A stretch of DNA of 63,605 bases from Solirubrobacterales bacterium (GTDB lineage Bacteria > Actinomycetota > Thermoleophilia > Solirubrobacterales > Thermoleophilaceae): NCBI GenBank assembly GCA_038202855.1, contig JBBREO010000001.1:1-63605 (forward strand). The letters are read 5' to 3'. Positions 10,979 through 21,496 of this stretch are shown here, piece by piece. Position 1 is the first letter of the stretch. Every line of letters begins with the position of its first letter. The translations under genes and the position numbers were made by a program. The notes beneath the pieces were generated by a model. It was given only the letters and a program-made list of their open reading frames with translations, did not search any database and had not been told where the DNA came from.

Positions 10979-13150
10979 CTACTGGGGATCTACGTCCACG
11001 GCCACGGCCACGCCCTGCTTGGCCAGCTGGGGTGCCATCGCCTCCACCGCCTCGCGGACCGCCGCGATCCCCGACTCGCGCTCGGGCCCGCGGACCACCA
11101 GCTGGGCCCGGTCCTTGCCCTGACGCCGAAACAGCGCGACAGGCCCCAGCACGCTGGAGCCCGGCGGATGCAGGCGATCGGCCAGGGCCTGCGCGGCATC
11201 GTGCTCGGGCCCGGGCTCCGGAGACGAGCACACGACCCGGACCAGGTGCCCGTGGGGCGGGTAGCCAAGCGCCGCCCGGCGCCCGAGCTCGCCGCGCAGG
11301 AAGCCGACCGAGTCGTGGTGTGCGGCGTACTTCAGCGCCCGCGCGCCGGGATCCAGGGCCTGCACCACCACTCGCCCCTCCCGGCCGCCGCGGCCGCTGC
11401 GTCCTGCGAGCTGGGCCACCAGGGCGAACGTGCGCTCCTCGGCGCGAAAGTCGGGAAAGCGCAGCGTGGCGTCCGCGTCGAGCACCACGCCGAGGGTCAC
11501 GTCGGCGAAGTCGTGGCCCTTGGCCACCATCTGGGTGCCCACCAGCACCCCGGAGTCGGAGGCCTCGAAGCGCTCCAGGGTGGCGGCCACGCCCTCGCCG
11601 GCGACGGTGTCGGCGTCCAGGCGGAACACCGGCAGCGGCGCCACCAGCCGCTCCAGCTCGGCCCCGAGCTGCTCGGTGCCCATCCCGTGTCGCTTGACCG
11701 TGACCGACTGGCAGTCAGGGCAGGAGTCGGGAACGCGCTCGGAGTGGCCGCAGTGGTGGCAGGAGACCCGTCCGGCCCCGCGATGGAGGACCAGCGTCAC
11801 GTCGCACTCCGGGCACTCCCACACGCGCCCGCACTCGGCGCAGGTGAGGAAGTTCGACCAGCCGCGGCGGTTCAGGAGCACCATCGCCTTCTCCCCCCGC
11901 TCGGCCACGCCGGCCAGCGCCTCGGCCGTGCGCGGGTGCAGCGCGCCCCTCACCCCGGCCATTCCCACCAGCTCCACGGGCGGCAGCGGACTGCCGTCCA
12001 CGCGCTGGGAGAGCTCCAGGCGGCGGTAGCGCTCGGCGCTCTCGGGGCGGGGCGTGGCGCTGCCGGCCAGGAGCACGGCTCCGGCGGTGGCGGCGCGGCG
12101 CTCGGCCACGTGGCGGGCGTCGTAGCGGGGATCGCCGTCCTGCTTGTAGGAGCCGTCGTGCTCCTCGTCGACCACCAGCAGCCCGACGTCGGACAGCGGC
12201 GCGAACACGGCCGAGCGCGGGCCCACGCACACCTTGGCGGCGCCCGAGCGCAGGCGCGCCCACTCGTCGTAGCGCTCGCGCGCGGTCAGCTGGGAATGGA
12301 GGATGGCCACCGTGTCCCCGAAGCGGCGGACGAAGCGCCCAGCCGTCTGGGGCGTGAGGGCGATCTCGGGTACGAGCACGATCGCCGTCTTGCCGCGCTC
12401 CAGCGCCGCGGCCACGGCGCGCAGGTAGACCTCGGTCTTGCCGCTGCCCGTCACACCGTGCAGCAGCAGCCGGCGATCGCTCCGGGCCGGGGCGTCCATG
12501 GCTCCGACCACCTCTTCCAGCGCGGCCGCCTGCTCCCCGGTCAGGGCCCCGATCTCCGGACACGCCCCCACCACCGAGGTGCGGGGACGCTGGGGAGCCT
12601 GGTCGGCCCACTCCAGCGCGATCAGCCCACGCGCCTCGAGCCGGCGCGCCCCGGCGTGGTCGCAACCCGTGCCCGCGACCAGATCGCTTACCCGCGCGGG
12701 GGCCTCGGCGAGGGCGGCGAGCGCCGCCTGCTGGCGCGATCCGAGCCGCTCGGCCCCCTCCAGGGCCGCGCGCCCGGAGTCGGTGAGCGATGCGCGCAGC
12801 GAGCGCCGCGGCCCCGTGCGCCGGCCGCTGCCCGTTCCGGTGCCCGGCGGGAGCACCAGGGCGAGGCCGCGGGCCGGAGTGGACACGTACTCCCGGGCGA
12901 CCCACAGCCCCAGGTTCACCAAATCGGCCGGAACGTCGGCCTCGAGCGCCGACAGCGGCTCGGCCAGCTTCTCGGGCGCCACCTCACTCTCCTCGGCCAC
13001 CCCCACCACCACGCCGAGGATGCGCCGGTTGGCGAAGGGCACCATCAGCATCGAGCCCACCCCCACGCCGTCCAGGCCGGCCCCGAGCAGGTAGTCGAAC
13101 GGGCCGCGTAGCGCGCGGGCCGTGGTCAGGGGCTCGACCTTGGCGATCAC
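10979..13150 (-). CDS. priA: Primosomal protein N' (replication restart helicase PriA)
   Basis: It has Walker A GVTGSGKTEVY, a DEEHD box and the Cys-rich zinc region CAECGRVWECPECD...CHHCGH...CPDCQS. I trimmed it to the GTG at 13150 (VIAKVEPLT...). The 155 codons upstream in the track ORF are Arg/Pro/Ala noise. Confidence 0.9.
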   Translation of the reverse strand: MIAKVEPLTTARALRGPFDYLLGAGLDGVGVGSMLMVPFANRRILGVVVGVAEESEVAPEKLAEPLSALEADVPADLVNLGLWVAREYVSTPARGLALVLPPGTGTGSGRRTGPRRSLRASLTDSGRAALEGAERLGSRQQAALAALAEAPARVSDLVAGTGCDHAGARRLEARGLIALEWADQAPQRPRTSVVGACPEIGALTGEQAAALEEVVGAMDAPARSDRRLLLHGVTGSGKTEVYLRAVAAALERGKTAIVLVPEIALTPQTAGRFVRRFGDTVAILHSQLTARERYDEWARLRSGAAKVCVGPRSAVFAPLSDVGLLVVDEEHDGSYKQDGDPRYDARHVAERRAATAGAVLLAGSATPRPESAERYRRLELSQRVDGSPLPPVELVGMAGVRGALHPRTAEALAGVAERGEKAMVLLNRRGWSNFLTCAECGRVWECPECDVTLVLHRGAGRVSCHHCGHSERVPDSCPDCQSVTVKRHGMGTEQLGAELERLVAPLPVFRLDADTVAGEGVAATLERFEASDSGVLVGTQMVAKGHDFADVTLGVVLDADATLRFPDFRAEERTFALVAQLAGRSGRGGREGRVVVQALDPGARALKYAAHHDSVGFLRGELGRRAALGYPPHGHLVRVVCSSPEPGPEHDAAQALADRLHPPGSSVLGPVALFRRQGKDRAQLVVRGPERESGIAAVREAVEAMAPQLAKQGVAVAVDVDPQ

Positions 13151-13199
13151 AAGCCGGAATCTAGGTGGCGAAGCGGAAGGAGCGCCGGTCCGAGCCGGC

Positions 13200-13952
13200 T
13201 CAGGCCGGCGTCGCCAGGCAGGCGTAGTGCACGGTGAAGGCACGCTCGGCCAGTGCGGGCGAGGCAGTGAACAGCGACCAGCGCAGCCCCGCCTTCGCGG
13301 TCGCCTTGGCGCGCGCGGCCGGCGTGTCGGCGAAGAAGGCGTGTACGGCCAGGGGAAGCGGATCGGCCAGCTCGCCGGCCAGCGCCAGGCCGGCGGCCGC
13401 ACACAGCGCGTGCACGTCGGGGCGGCTGAAGCGGTGCAGATGCCCGATCGCCTCGCTGGCCCGCCGCGCCGAGGGCCGCGAGGCGCTGCGGTTGTCCTCC
13501 AGCGGCACCTCCACCACCACGGCGCGGGCCGCGCGCGCGGTCTCACGCAGCAGCGGCAGCGGGTCGCGGACGTGCTCGAGCACGTGGGAGAGCACGCCGA
13601 GGTCGAAGGCGCCATCGGCGACCGGCAGCGACAGCCCGTCGAAGCGCTCGACCGACGCCAGGTCCGGCCGCCCGCGAGCGATCTCCACCGCCCGGTCGGA
13701 GATCTCGAAGCCGTGGTGGATCTCCCCCACGCCCCGCTCGGCCAGCGTCTGGAGCAACACGCCGTCGCCGCAGCCCACCTCGATGACCGTCCGCGGGGGA
13801 GCCGGCAGCCGCGCGGCGAGGCGCTCGACGTGGGCGGCCTTGCCTTGGGCGCCGAGGGCGCGCCAGCGCCCGTAGAGCATGCCCTCCTCCTCCGGGGAGG
13901 AGTACTGGCCCTCGTAGACGTCGCGCAGCTCGGCCGAGCCCGGGGCCTCCAT
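13200..13952 (-). CDS. Class I SAM-dependent methyltransferase
   Basis: It has SAM motif I VIEVGCGDGVL and later LSHVLEHV. The start is set at ATG 13952, with 13976 as an alternative. Confidence 0.75.
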   Translation of the reverse strand: MEAPGSAELRDVYEGQYSSPEEEGMLYGRWRALGAQGKAAHVERLAARLPAPPRTVIEVGCGDGVLLQTLAERGVGEIHHGFEISDRAVEIARGRPDLASVERFDGLSLPVADGAFDLGVLSHVLEHVRDPLPLLRETARAARAVVVEVPLEDNRSASRPSARRASEAIGHLHRFSRPDVHALCAAAGLALAGELADPLPLAVHAFFADTPAARAKATAKAGLRWSLFTASPALAERAFTVHYACLATPA

Positions 13953-13974
13953 GGCCCGTAGGCTAGTCGCGTCC

Positions 13975-15108
13975 ATGGCCACAGACTTCGAAGCCGAGGG
14001 CCTCCTGGAAGGCCTCGACGACCAGGCCAAGGAGGCCCGCGTGCGCCTGCTCGAGCAGCTCGAGGGCGACGGCGTGGGGCTGGACGAGCTGCGCGGCGCC
14101 TCCGAGGAGGGGCGGCTGGCGCTGGTGCCGGTGGAGCGGATCCTGGTGGGCGACCAGGACCGGCACACGCTCGCGGAGGTAGCCGAGTGCAGCGGCGTGG
14201 AGGCCGAGTTGCTCGAGCGCTACTGGCGCGCGATCGGGCTCGCGGTGGCCGACCCGGACGACGCGATGTTCCTGGACGCCGACATCGAGGCCGCCCGGCG
14301 CGTGGGGCAGCTGCGCGAGGCCGGCATGGACGATGAGTCGATCATCGAGATCGCCCGCGTGATGAGCAGCGGGCTCAACCCCGTGGCGGTGACCATCGCG
14401 GGCGCGTTCGCCTCCAACTACCTGCGGGAGGGCGACGACGAGGAGCGCCTGGCGCTGCGAATGGCCGAAGCGTCACGCGAGCTGCTGCCGCTGCTTGGCC
14501 CGGCGCTGGAGCACGGCTTGATGGTCCAGCAGCGTGCCCTGGTGCGCCAGGCCTCGGCGCTGGGCTCCTCGCTGGAGGAAGGCCGGTTGCCCGACGCGCA
14601 GGAGGTGGCGATCTGCTTCGCCGACCTGGTCGGCTTCACGCGCATGGGCGAGGGCGTGGACGCCAGCCAGCTTGGCGCCGTGGCCGCCCGACTCGAGGAC
14701 CTGGCCCGCGACGTGGCCGAGCCGCCGGTGCGGCTGGTCAAGATGATCGGCGACGAGGTGATGCTCCAGTCCAACGACACCAAGGCGCTGCTCGAGGCCG
14801 CGCTCTCGCTGCTCGAGGTCGCCGAGGCGGCGGACGAGGAGGAGGACTTCCCCGCGCTGACCATCGGTCTGGCCCAGGGCGAGGCGATCCAGCGCGGCGG
14901 CGACTGGTTCGGGCGCCCCGTGAACCTGGCCAGCCGCGTGACCGATCGCGCCCGCCCCGACAGCATCCTGGTCACCGAGGAGGTCAAGGACGCCGCCGGC
15001 GAGGACGACTACCGCTACTCCTTCGCCGGCGACCGCAAGCTCAAGGGCGTGGAAGGGCCGGTGAAGCTGTTCCGCGCTCGCCGCGCTTCAGACGACGAGG
15101 CGGAATAG
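13975..15108 (+). CDS. Class III adenylate/guanylate cyclase with an approx. 200-aa N-terminal domain
   Basis: The C-terminal cyclase blocks are ICFADLVGFT, KMIGDEVM and GDWFGRPVNLASRV. The start is either ATG 13975 or ATG 13951, and the latter would overlap the divergent methyltransferase start. Confidence 0.8.
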   Translation: MATDFEAEGLLEGLDDQAKEARVRLLEQLEGDGVGLDELRGASEEGRLALVPVERILVGDQDRHTLAEVAECSGVEAELLERYWRAIGLAVADPDDAMFLDADIEAARRVGQLREAGMDDESIIEIARVMSSGLNPVAVTIAGAFASNYLREGDDEERLALRMAEASRELLPLLGPALEHGLMVQQRALVRQASALGSSLEEGRLPDAQEVAICFADLVGFTRMGEGVDASQLGAVAARLEDLARDVAEPPVRLVKMIGDEVMLQSNDTKALLEAALSLLEVAEAADEEEDFPALTIGLAQGEAIQRGGDWFGRPVNLASRVTDRARPDSILVTEEVKDAAGEDDYRYSFAGDRKLKGVEGPVKLFRARRASDDEAE

Positions 15109-15117
15109 CCGTTTACC

Positions 15118-15187
15118 GACCGGCAGGGATGCCGGTCTGGTCGAGGGCGTCAGACCGGCAGGGATGCCGGTCTGGTCGAGGGCGTCA
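15118..15187. repeat. Two tandem 35-bp copies, each containing an 8-bp-stem hairpin (candidate bidirectional terminator)
   Basis: The unit GACCGGCAGGGATGCCGGTCTGGTCGAGGGCGTCA occurs at 15118..15152 and 15153..15187, and the two copies are identical. The stem is GACCGGCA/TGCCGGTC with a GGGA loop. The second copy contains the metK stop codon (15185-15187). Confidence 0.85.
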
Positions 15188-16429
15188 GACCGCGGCGCCC
15201 TCGGCGAGGCCGGCGGCCTCGCGCAGGGCGTCGGCCTTGTCCGTGTTCTCCCAGGTGAAGTCCTCGTCCTCGCGGCCGAAGTGGCCGTAGGCGGCGGTCT
15301 TCTGGTAGATCGGCCGGTGCAGGTCGAGCTCCTTGCGGAACGAGCCCGGGCGTAGGTCGAAGTGCTCGGACACCAGCTCGGCGATGCGCACCCGCGAGAT
15401 CTTCTCCGTGCCGAACGTCTCCGCGGTCACCGACACCGGGTGCGCGACGCCGATGGCGTAGGCCACCTGCACCTCGCAGCGGTCGGCCAGGCCGGCGGCC
15501 ACCACGTTCTTGGCCACCCAGCGGGCGGCGTAGGCGGCCGACCGGTCGACCTTCGACGGGTCCTTGCCCGAGAAGGCGCCACCGCCGTGGCGGGCCGAGC
15601 CGCCGTAGGTGTCGACGATGATCTTGCGCCCGGTCAGGCCGCAGTCGCCCACGGGACCCCCGATCACGAACTTGCCGGTCGGGTTGACCAGGAAGTTGGC
15701 CGCGCTGAACAGCTCGCCCTCGTCGTAGAGCTCCTCGGGCAGCGTGGGCTTGACCACGTGCTCCCACAGGTCGTCGCGGATAGTGGTGGCCGAGTCGACG
15801 CCCTCCGCGTGCTGGGTGGAGATCAGGACCTTCTCGACCTTGACCGGCACGCCGTCGCGGTAGCGGACGGTGACCTGGGTCTTGCCGTCGGGTCGCAGGT
15901 AGTCCACGACCTTCTGGCGGCGGATCTCGGCCAGGCGGTGGGAGAGCTTGTGGGCCAGAGCGATCGGCAGCGGCATCAGCTCGGGCGTCTCGCGCGTGGC
16001 GTAGCCGAACATCATGCCCTGGTCGCCGGCGCCGGCGATGTCCAGATCGTCGTCGTCGCCGGGGTCCGTGCGGTGCTCGAAGGCCTCGTTCACGCCCTGG
16101 GCGATGTCGGGGGACTGCTCGTCCACCGCGGTGATCACGGCGCAGGCGTCGCAGTCGAAGCCGTAGGCGGCGTCGTCGTAGCCGATCTTGCGGATCGTCT
16201 CGCGCGCGATCTTGGGGATGTCCACGTAGGCCTTGGTGCTGATCTCACCAGAGACCACCACGAGTCCCGTGTTCACCAGGGTCTCGCAGGCCACCCGGCT
16301 CTCGGGGTCCTCGGCCAGCACGGCGTCGAGGACGCCGTCGGAGATCTGGTCGGCCATCTTGTCGGGGTGGCCCTCGGTGACCGACTCTGAGGTGAACAGG
16401 TACTCGTTGTCTTGAAGATCGTTAGCCAT
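15185..16429 (-). CDS. metK: S-adenosylmethionine synthetase
   Basis: 414 aa, with the motifs [24 protein letters not shown] and [16 protein letters not shown]. Confidence 0.97.
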   Translation of the reverse strand: MANDLQDNEYLFTSESVTEGHPDKMADQISDGVLDAVLAEDPESRVACETLVNTGLVVVSGEISTKAYVDIPKIARETIRKIGYDDAAYGFDCDACAVITAVDEQSPDIAQGVNEAFEHRTDPGDDDDLDIAGAGDQGMMFGYATRETPELMPLPIALAHKLSHRLAEIRRQKVVDYLRPDGKTQVTVRYRDGVPVKVEKVLISTQHAEGVDSATTIRDDLWEHVVKPTLPEELYDEGELFSAANFLVNPTGKFVIGGPVGDCGLTGRKIIVDTYGGSARHGGGAFSGKDPSKVDRSAAYAARWVAKNVVAAGLADRCEVQVAYAIGVAHPVSVTAETFGTEKISRVRIAELVSEHFDLRPGSFRKELDLHRPIYQKTAAYGHFGREDEDFTWENTDKADALREAAGLAEGAAV

Positions 16430-16478
16430 GAAGGGCGGAAGGGTAATGGATACCGCCGGAGTCGGGAATCCCGGCCGA

Positions 16479-17795
16479 CTATCCCCCCTTGCGCTTGTCT
16501 GCGCTCACCCGGAAGTCGATCACCAGCGGTACCCCCTCCAGGCCGAAGCGCTCGCGCAGCCGGTTCTCGAGAAAGTAGGCGTAGTCGCGGGTGATCAGCG
16601 AGCGGTCGTTGATCTGGACCGCAAAGCGCGGCGGGGAGACCTCGAACTGGGCCATGTAGTACATCCGCAGGCGCTTGCCGCGGGTGGCGGGAGGCTGGCG
16701 CGTCCCCTGCAGATCGGACAGGAAGGAGTTGAGCTCGGGGGTGGAGATGCGCTCGGCGGCGCGGTCGGCGATCGTCAGGGCCTCGGCCACCAGCCGCCGT
16801 AGCCCACGACCCGACTGGGCCGACACGGCCATCAGCCGCGGGCGCTGGCGCAGCCGCTTGGTCACGCGGGCGCGGGCGTCCTCCAGGTCGGTGTCGGTGG
16901 CGTCCCACTTGTTCAGCGCAATCACCGTCGCGCAGTCGTTCTTCATCGCCATCTCGGCGATCTTGAAGTCCTCGGTGGTCACCCCCTCGGTGGCGTCGCA
17001 CAGCACGACCGCCACCTGGGCGCGCTCTGCCGCGCGCTCCGAGCGCAGCTGGGCGTAGTAGTCGACGGTGCCCGCGACCTTGGTACGCCGGCGCAGCCCG
17101 GCGGTGTCCACCAGCACCACCGGCCGGCCGTCCACGTCGATCAGGGTGTCCACCGAGTCGCGCGTGGTGCCGGCGAAGTCGGCCACCACCACCCGCTCCT
17201 CGCCCAGCAGCTTGTTGACTAGCGAGGACTTGCCCACGTTGGGACGCCCGATCACCGCCAGGCGCACCGCCGGGTCCTCCTCCACCTCCGCTGGCGCGTC
17301 GGCCAGCGCGCCCACCACCCGGTCGAGCAGGTCCCCCGTGCCCAGTCCGTGCACCGCGCTCACGGCCACCGGGTCGCCCAGGCCGAGCGAGTAGAACTCC
17401 GCTGCTCCGGGGGTCAGGCGCACGTCGTCGACCTTGTTGGCGGCCACCACCACCGGCACCTTCGACGCCCGCAGCTCGGCGGCCAGCTCGCTGTCCCCAG
17501 GTCGCAGGCCGGCCACCGCGTCGACCACGAACACCGCCGCCTCGGCCTCGGCCAGCGCCGCCCGGGCCTGGGCCTGGACGGACTTGGCCAGGTCGGTCTC
17601 CTCGTCCATGTCCACGCCGCCGGTGTCCACGAGCAGGAAGTCGCGCCCGTTCCAGTCGGCGGCGATCTCCTTGCGGTCGCGGGTCACCCCCGCGGTCTCG
17701 TGCACCACCGCCTCGCGGGTGCCCGACAGGCGGTTGACCAGCGTCGACTTGCCCACGTTGGGGTAGCCGACGACGGCTACCTTGGGAGGCGCCAC
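16479..17795 (-). CDS. der: Ribosome-associated GTPase Der (EngA)
   Basis: It has two G domains (GYPNVGKST and GRPNVGKSS) and a KH-like C-terminus. The start is GTG. Confidence 0.95.
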   Translation of the reverse strand: MAPPKVAVVGYPNVGKSTLVNRLSGTREAVVHETAGVTRDRKEIAADWNGRDFLLVDTGGVDMDEETDLAKSVQAQARAALAEAEAAVFVVDAVAGLRPGDSELAAELRASKVPVVVAANKVDDVRLTPGAAEFYSLGLGDPVAVSAVHGLGTGDLLDRVVGALADAPAEVEEDPAVRLAVIGRPNVGKSSLVNKLLGEERVVVADFAGTTRDSVDTLIDVDGRPVVLVDTAGLRRRTKVAGTVDYYAQLRSERAAERAQVAVVLCDATEGVTTEDFKIAEMAMKNDCATVIALNKWDATDTDLEDARARVTKRLRQRPRLMAVSAQSGRGLRRLVAEALTIADRAAERISTPELNSFLSDLQGTRQPPATRGKRLRMYYMAQFEVSPPRFAVQINDRSLITRDYAYFLENRLRERFGLEGVPLVIDFRVSADKRKGG

Positions 17796-17796
17796 G

Positions 17797-18630
17797 TCAG
17801 CCCGAGCCGGTCAGCTGCGTGCTCAGGTCCCAGAGCCGTCGCCGGGCCTCGTGGTCGTAGGCCTGGGGATGGGCCTCGGCCTCGCGCTGGCGGTCGAAGA
17901 AGCGCCCCGTCACGTCCTCCAGCTCGGGGGAGGTGACCAGCCGCGTGGTGGCCTCCACACCGGCCTCGAGCGTGTCCACCGAGCGGCCCCTCTCGTCGAG
18001 CACGATCTTCGTGGGCATGTAAGTGGCCGGGTGCAGGCTGTTCACGGTCACGCCTTGGCCGTCCAGGCGCTCGGCCAGCTCCATGCTCCATGTGATCTGG
18101 GCCAGCTTGGACTGGCTGTAGGCGCGCCCGCCGTCGTAGTCCTCGAGCAGGTTCGGGTCGTCGAAGTCGATCGGCGCCTGGCCCAGCGAGGCGACGTTGA
18201 CGATCCGGGAGGGCGCCGACTCGATCAGCAGGTCGAGCAGCTCGTTCGTGAGCGCGAAGCCGGCCAGGTAGTTGACGGCCAAGCGCAGCTCGAGCCCGTC
18301 GCGGCTCTCCTCGCGCTCGGTGGAGTCGGGTCTGCCCGAGCCAATTCCGGCGTTGTTGACCAGGACGTGCAGCTCGGGCTCGTCGCGGCGCACCTGGGCG
18401 GCCAGCTCGCGCACCTCGGCCAGCGAGGACAGGTCGGCCCGGTAGGTGCGGACGCGGTCGGCGCCGGCCAGCATCTCCACGTCGGCCTCGGCAGCGGCCA
18501 GGCGGTCGGGGTCGCGGCCGTGCATGAGCACGGTGGCGCCCTCGACGGCCAGGCGCTCGGCCACGGCGCGGCCCAGGCCGTCGGTGGCGCCGGTGACCAG
18601 GACGGTGGTGTTCTCAGGCGGTCGAATCAC
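17797..18630 (-). CDS. Short-chain dehydrogenase/reductase
   Basis: It has [12 protein letters not shown] and YSQSK motifs. The GTG start overlaps the cmk stop (GTGA). Confidence 0.85.
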   Translation of the reverse strand: MIRPPENTTVLVTGATDGLGRAVAERLAVEGATVLMHGRDPDRLAAAEADVEMLAGADRVRTYRADLSSLAEVRELAAQVRRDEPELHVLVNNAGIGSGRPDSTEREESRDGLELRLAVNYLAGFALTNELLDLLIESAPSRIVNVASLGQAPIDFDDPNLLEDYDGGRAYSQSKLAQITWSMELAERLDGQGVTVNSLHPATYMPTKIVLDERGRSVDTLEAGVEATTRLVTSPELEDVTGRFFDRQREAEAHPQAYDHEARRRLWDLSTQLTGSG

Positions 18631-19238
18631 GTCCTCGATCCAACCAGCTCGACGATCCGGCCGACCACTTCCTCGACGGCCAGCCCACTGGTGTCCAGCT
18701 CCACGGCGTCGGGGGCGGCGAGCAGCGGCGAGTGCTCGCGCTCGGAGTCCTGGGCGTCGCGCAGCGCCTGGTCGCGCATCACGGTGTCCACGTCGGCGCC
18801 CAGCTCTGCGGCCCGGCGGCGGGCCCGCTCGGCGGGGTCGGCGTTCAGGAAGACCTTCAGCGCGGCGTCGGGGGCCACCACGGTGCCGATGTCGCGGCCT
18901 TCGGCCACCCAGTCGCCCTCGGACATCAGCTCGCGCTGCTTGCGCACCAGGGCCGCGCGGACCTTGGGGTTGGTCGCCACCCGCGAGGCCGCCTCGGACA
19001 CCTCCGGGGCACGGATGGCGTCGGTCACGTCCTCGCCGTCGACCTCGACGCGATCGCCCAGCTCGACCTGCAGTGCCTCGGCGGCGTCGGAGGCGGCGCC
19101 CCCATCGCGCAGGAGCTTGAGGCCCACGGCGCGGTACATCGCCCCGGAGTCCAGGTAGGTGAAGCCGAGCGCCTGGGCCACGGCCCGGGCCACGGTGCTC
19201 TTGCCCGCGCCGGCGGGCCCGTCTATGGCGACGACCAT
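18627..19238 (-). CDS. cmk: Cytidylate kinase
   Basis: The N-terminus reads MVVAIDGPAGAGKSTVARAVA...LDSGAMYR. I trimmed track ORF 18627..19946 to the ATG at 19238, just downstream of the preceding gene's stop at 19259. Confidence 0.9.
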   Translation of the reverse strand: MVVAIDGPAGAGKSTVARAVAQALGFTYLDSGAMYRAVGLKLLRDGGAASDAAEALQVELGDRVEVDGEDVTDAIRAPEVSEAASRVATNPKVRAALVRKQRELMSEGDWVAEGRDIGTVVAPDAALKVFLNADPAERARRRAAELGADVDTVMRDQALRDAQDSEREHSPLLAAPDAVELDTSGLAVEEVVGRIVELVGSRT

Positions 19239-19258
19239 GGCGGTGAGGCTACTGGCGG

Positions 19259-20167
19259 TCAGCGCGGCGCCCAGGCCGGGTTCGAGCCGTCGAAGCTCTC
19301 CCCCCCGCCCGACACGTCGTCCACCAGGGTGGCGACGGTCCTGCCGTCCTGTGCCCGCGCCACGGTCACGCCGGGGCGGTCGTAGGCGATCAGCTTGCCG
19401 TCCGGCGAGTACACCGGGCTCGTGCAGCGCGAGCAGCGCACGATCCGGCGGGCGTGGCCCCCGTCGGCGTCCGCCGTGTAGATGCCACCGCGGCGGGCGA
19501 AGACGATCGCCTTCGCGCTGGCCGAGAAGCCGGGGTCGCGCCCGCCGGCACGGGTGATCCGCTTCAGCCCGCGGCCGGTGGCGGAGATCGTGTAGAGGTT
19601 GCCGGCGCGCTCGAAGGCGATCCGGTTGCGCGAGCCCCAGTCGGGGTCCGCTCCGCTTTTCACCAGGCGCCGCGCCTTGCGGGTGGCCAGGTCGTAGACG
19701 TACAGGCTGGTGCGCCCGCCCCTGCGCCCGGCGAAGACCACCTTGCGCCCCGACGGGGCGAACGAGGGCTGCGAGTCGTCGGAGGTCACGGCCGGCAGGG
19801 CTCGGTAGCCCGCGCCCGTCGAGCCGATCAGGGCCAGCGCGCGGCCGCTGTCGAACACCAGCTCGCGCCCGTCCCTGCGCCACGACGGGGTGCGGAAGTC
19901 GATCGTGCAGTCGCCGCTGATCGTCTTGCCGCCGCTGAGCTGGCACTCGCGCAGGAAGCGATCGGCCCGGCCGTCGGGCTGGACGGTGGCCAGCGCCCGG
20001 TACGAGGTCTTGGATCCGTCGTCGCCTATCCCCCGGCTGTGCAGGTCATAGGCCACGCGGCCGTTTCCCCCCTTGAACGTGGCCTGGGCCACCGAGGCGG
20101 GCAGGCAGAGGACGGCGGCCAAGGCCAGGAGGATCGGAGCGCGGCGGGTCATCGAAGCGGATAACAA
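19259..20167 (-). CDS. Secreted TolB-like beta-propeller (PD40/WD40-like repeat) protein
   Basis: It has a signal peptide (APILLALAAVLCLPASVAQA) and repeated P-x-W/F-S-P-D/S-G-R..I.F blocks. Confidence 0.7.
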   Translation of the reverse strand: MLSASMTRRAPILLALAAVLCLPASVAQATFKGGNGRVAYDLHSRGIGDDGSKTSYRALATVQPDGRADRFLRECQLSGGKTISGDCTIDFRTPSWRRDGRELVFDSGRALALIGSTGAGYRALPAVTSDDSQPSFAPSGRKVVFAGRRGGRTSLYVYDLATRKARRLVKSGADPDWGSRNRIAFERAGNLYTISATGRGLKRITRAGGRDPGFSASAKAIVFARRGGIYTADADGGHARRIVRCSRCTSPVYSPDGKLIAYDRPGVTVARAQDGRTVATLVDDVSGGGESFDGSNPAWAPR

Positions 20168-20194
20168 CGCATGGAGGCGATCGGTGCGGCGCCC

Positions 20195-21496
20195 TCAGCT
20201 CAAGAGAGCGCGCAGGTCGTCCTCGAAGTCGGGATAGGAGACGGCGGCGGCCTCCATGCCCCGCACCTCGACGCCGTCTCGGGAGGCCAGCCCCGCCACG
20301 GCGCCGAGCATGGCCAGGCGGTGATCTCCCCCGGAATCCATCGTGCCCCCGCGCAGCGGCTCGCCCGTGCCCCGCACCACGAAGCCGTCGCCCACGTCCT
20401 CGATGTCGGCCCCGAGCGCCGTCAGGGCGCCGACCACCGCCGCGATCCGGTCGGACTCCTTGTGGCGCAGCTCGGCCGCCCCCCGGACCACCGTCTCACC
20501 GTCCGCGAAGGCGCCCAGCAGGGCGACCAGGGTCAGCTCGTCGATGGCCAGCGGCACCTCGTCGGGCGTGACCTCGGTGCCCTCCAGGGGCGCGTGGGCC
20601 ACGTCGAGGTCGCCGACCGGCTCGGCGTCGGCCTCGGTGTGCGGCGGCTCGAGGTCGCCCACGATCACCGCGCCCATGCGCCGGGCGATGCGGAAGAAGG
20701 CGGTGCGCGTCCAGTTGAGCCCGAGGCCGCCGATCAGCAGCCGCGAGTGGGGCACCAGGCAGGCCGCGGCAGCCAGGAAGGCGGCCGAGGAGGGGTCACC
20801 GGGCACGGTGATCGTGTCCAGCTCCAGCTCGTCGACCTGGCTCACGGTGGCGCGCAGGCCGTCGCGCTGGAAGGGCACGCGCGCGTTTCGCATCAGACGC
20901 TCGGTGTGGTCGCGGCTCATCGTCGCCTCGGTGATCGAGGTGCTGCCCGAGGCGAGCATGCCCGCGATCAGCACGCAGGACTTGACCTGGGCGCTGGGCA
21001 CGGGCAGCTCGTAGTCGATGCCGGTCAGGTCGCGACCCTGAACCACCAGCGGGGTGAAGCGCTCCTCGCGGGCGCTCACGGCGGCCCCCATCATCCGCAG
21101 CGGCTGGACCACGCGATCCACGGGCCGGCGGCGGATCGACTCGTCGCCGTCCAGGCTCCAGTTGCCACCGGTCTGCCCGGCCAGCCAGCCCGGCAGCAGC
21201 CGCAGCAGGGTGCCCGAGTTGCCCACGTCGATGTGGCCGCCGGTGGCCTCGAGCGCCGCGTGGAGGCCGACCCCGCGGATGGTCAGGTCGGCGCCGGACT
21301 CGTCGATGCCGGCGCCCAGGCTGAGCAGCGCGGCGAGGGTGGACAGGGTGTCGGCCGAGCGCAGGTAGTTGCGGATCGTCACGGGCTGGTCGGCCATCGC
21401 GCCGAACAGCGCCGCCCGGTGCGAGATCGACTTGTCCGGGGGCGCGAGGTACTCGCCCCGCAGCGCGCCCGAGGGCTCGAAGCGGACGCCGCTCAC
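20195..21496 (-). CDS. aroA: 3-phosphoshikimate 1-carboxyvinyltransferase (EPSP synthase)
   Basis: 433 aa with PPDKSISHRA, GNSGTLLRLL and the HRLAM region. The start is GTG at 21496. Confidence 0.95.
   Translation of the reverse strand: MSGVRFEPSGALRGEYLAPPDKSISHRAALFGAMADQPVTIRNYLRSADTLSTLAALLSLGAGIDESGADLTIRGVGLHAALEATGGHIDVGNSGTLLRLLPGWLAGQTGGNWSLDGDESIRRRPVDRVVQPLRMMGAAVSAREERFTPLVVQGRDLTGIDYELPVPSAQVKSCVLIAGMLASGSTSITEATMSRDHTERLMRNARVPFQRDGLRATVSQVDELELDTITVPGDPSSAAFLAAAACLVPHSRLLIGGLGLNWTRTAFFRIARRMGAVIVGDLEPPHTEADAEPVGDLDVAHAPLEGTEVTPDEVPLAIDELTLVALLGAFADGETVVRGAAELRHKESDRIAAVVGALTALGADIEDVGDGFVVRGTGEPLRGGTMDSGGDHRLAMLGAVAGLASRDGVEVRGMEAAAVSYPDFEDDLRALLS

Noticed and set aside
13951-13976. 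Head-to-head overlap of the methyltransferase and adenylate cyclase start codons (ATG 13951 plus strand versus ATG 13952 or 13976 minus strand)
   Set aside because: This is more simply explained by using the downstream in-frame ATG at 13975 for the cyclase and 13952 for the methyltransferase, which leaves a 22-nt divergent spacer. The true starts cannot be decided from sequence alone.
15118-15187. Possible CRISPR array
   Set aside because: There are only two directly abutting identical 35-bp units with no spacers, and there are no cas genes in the window. It is a tandem duplication of a terminator-like hairpin.
16430-16478. SAM riboswitch upstream of metK
   Set aside because: Only 49 nt separate the der stop and the metK start. 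The gap holds just one small hairpin, so there is no room for any SAM aptamer class.
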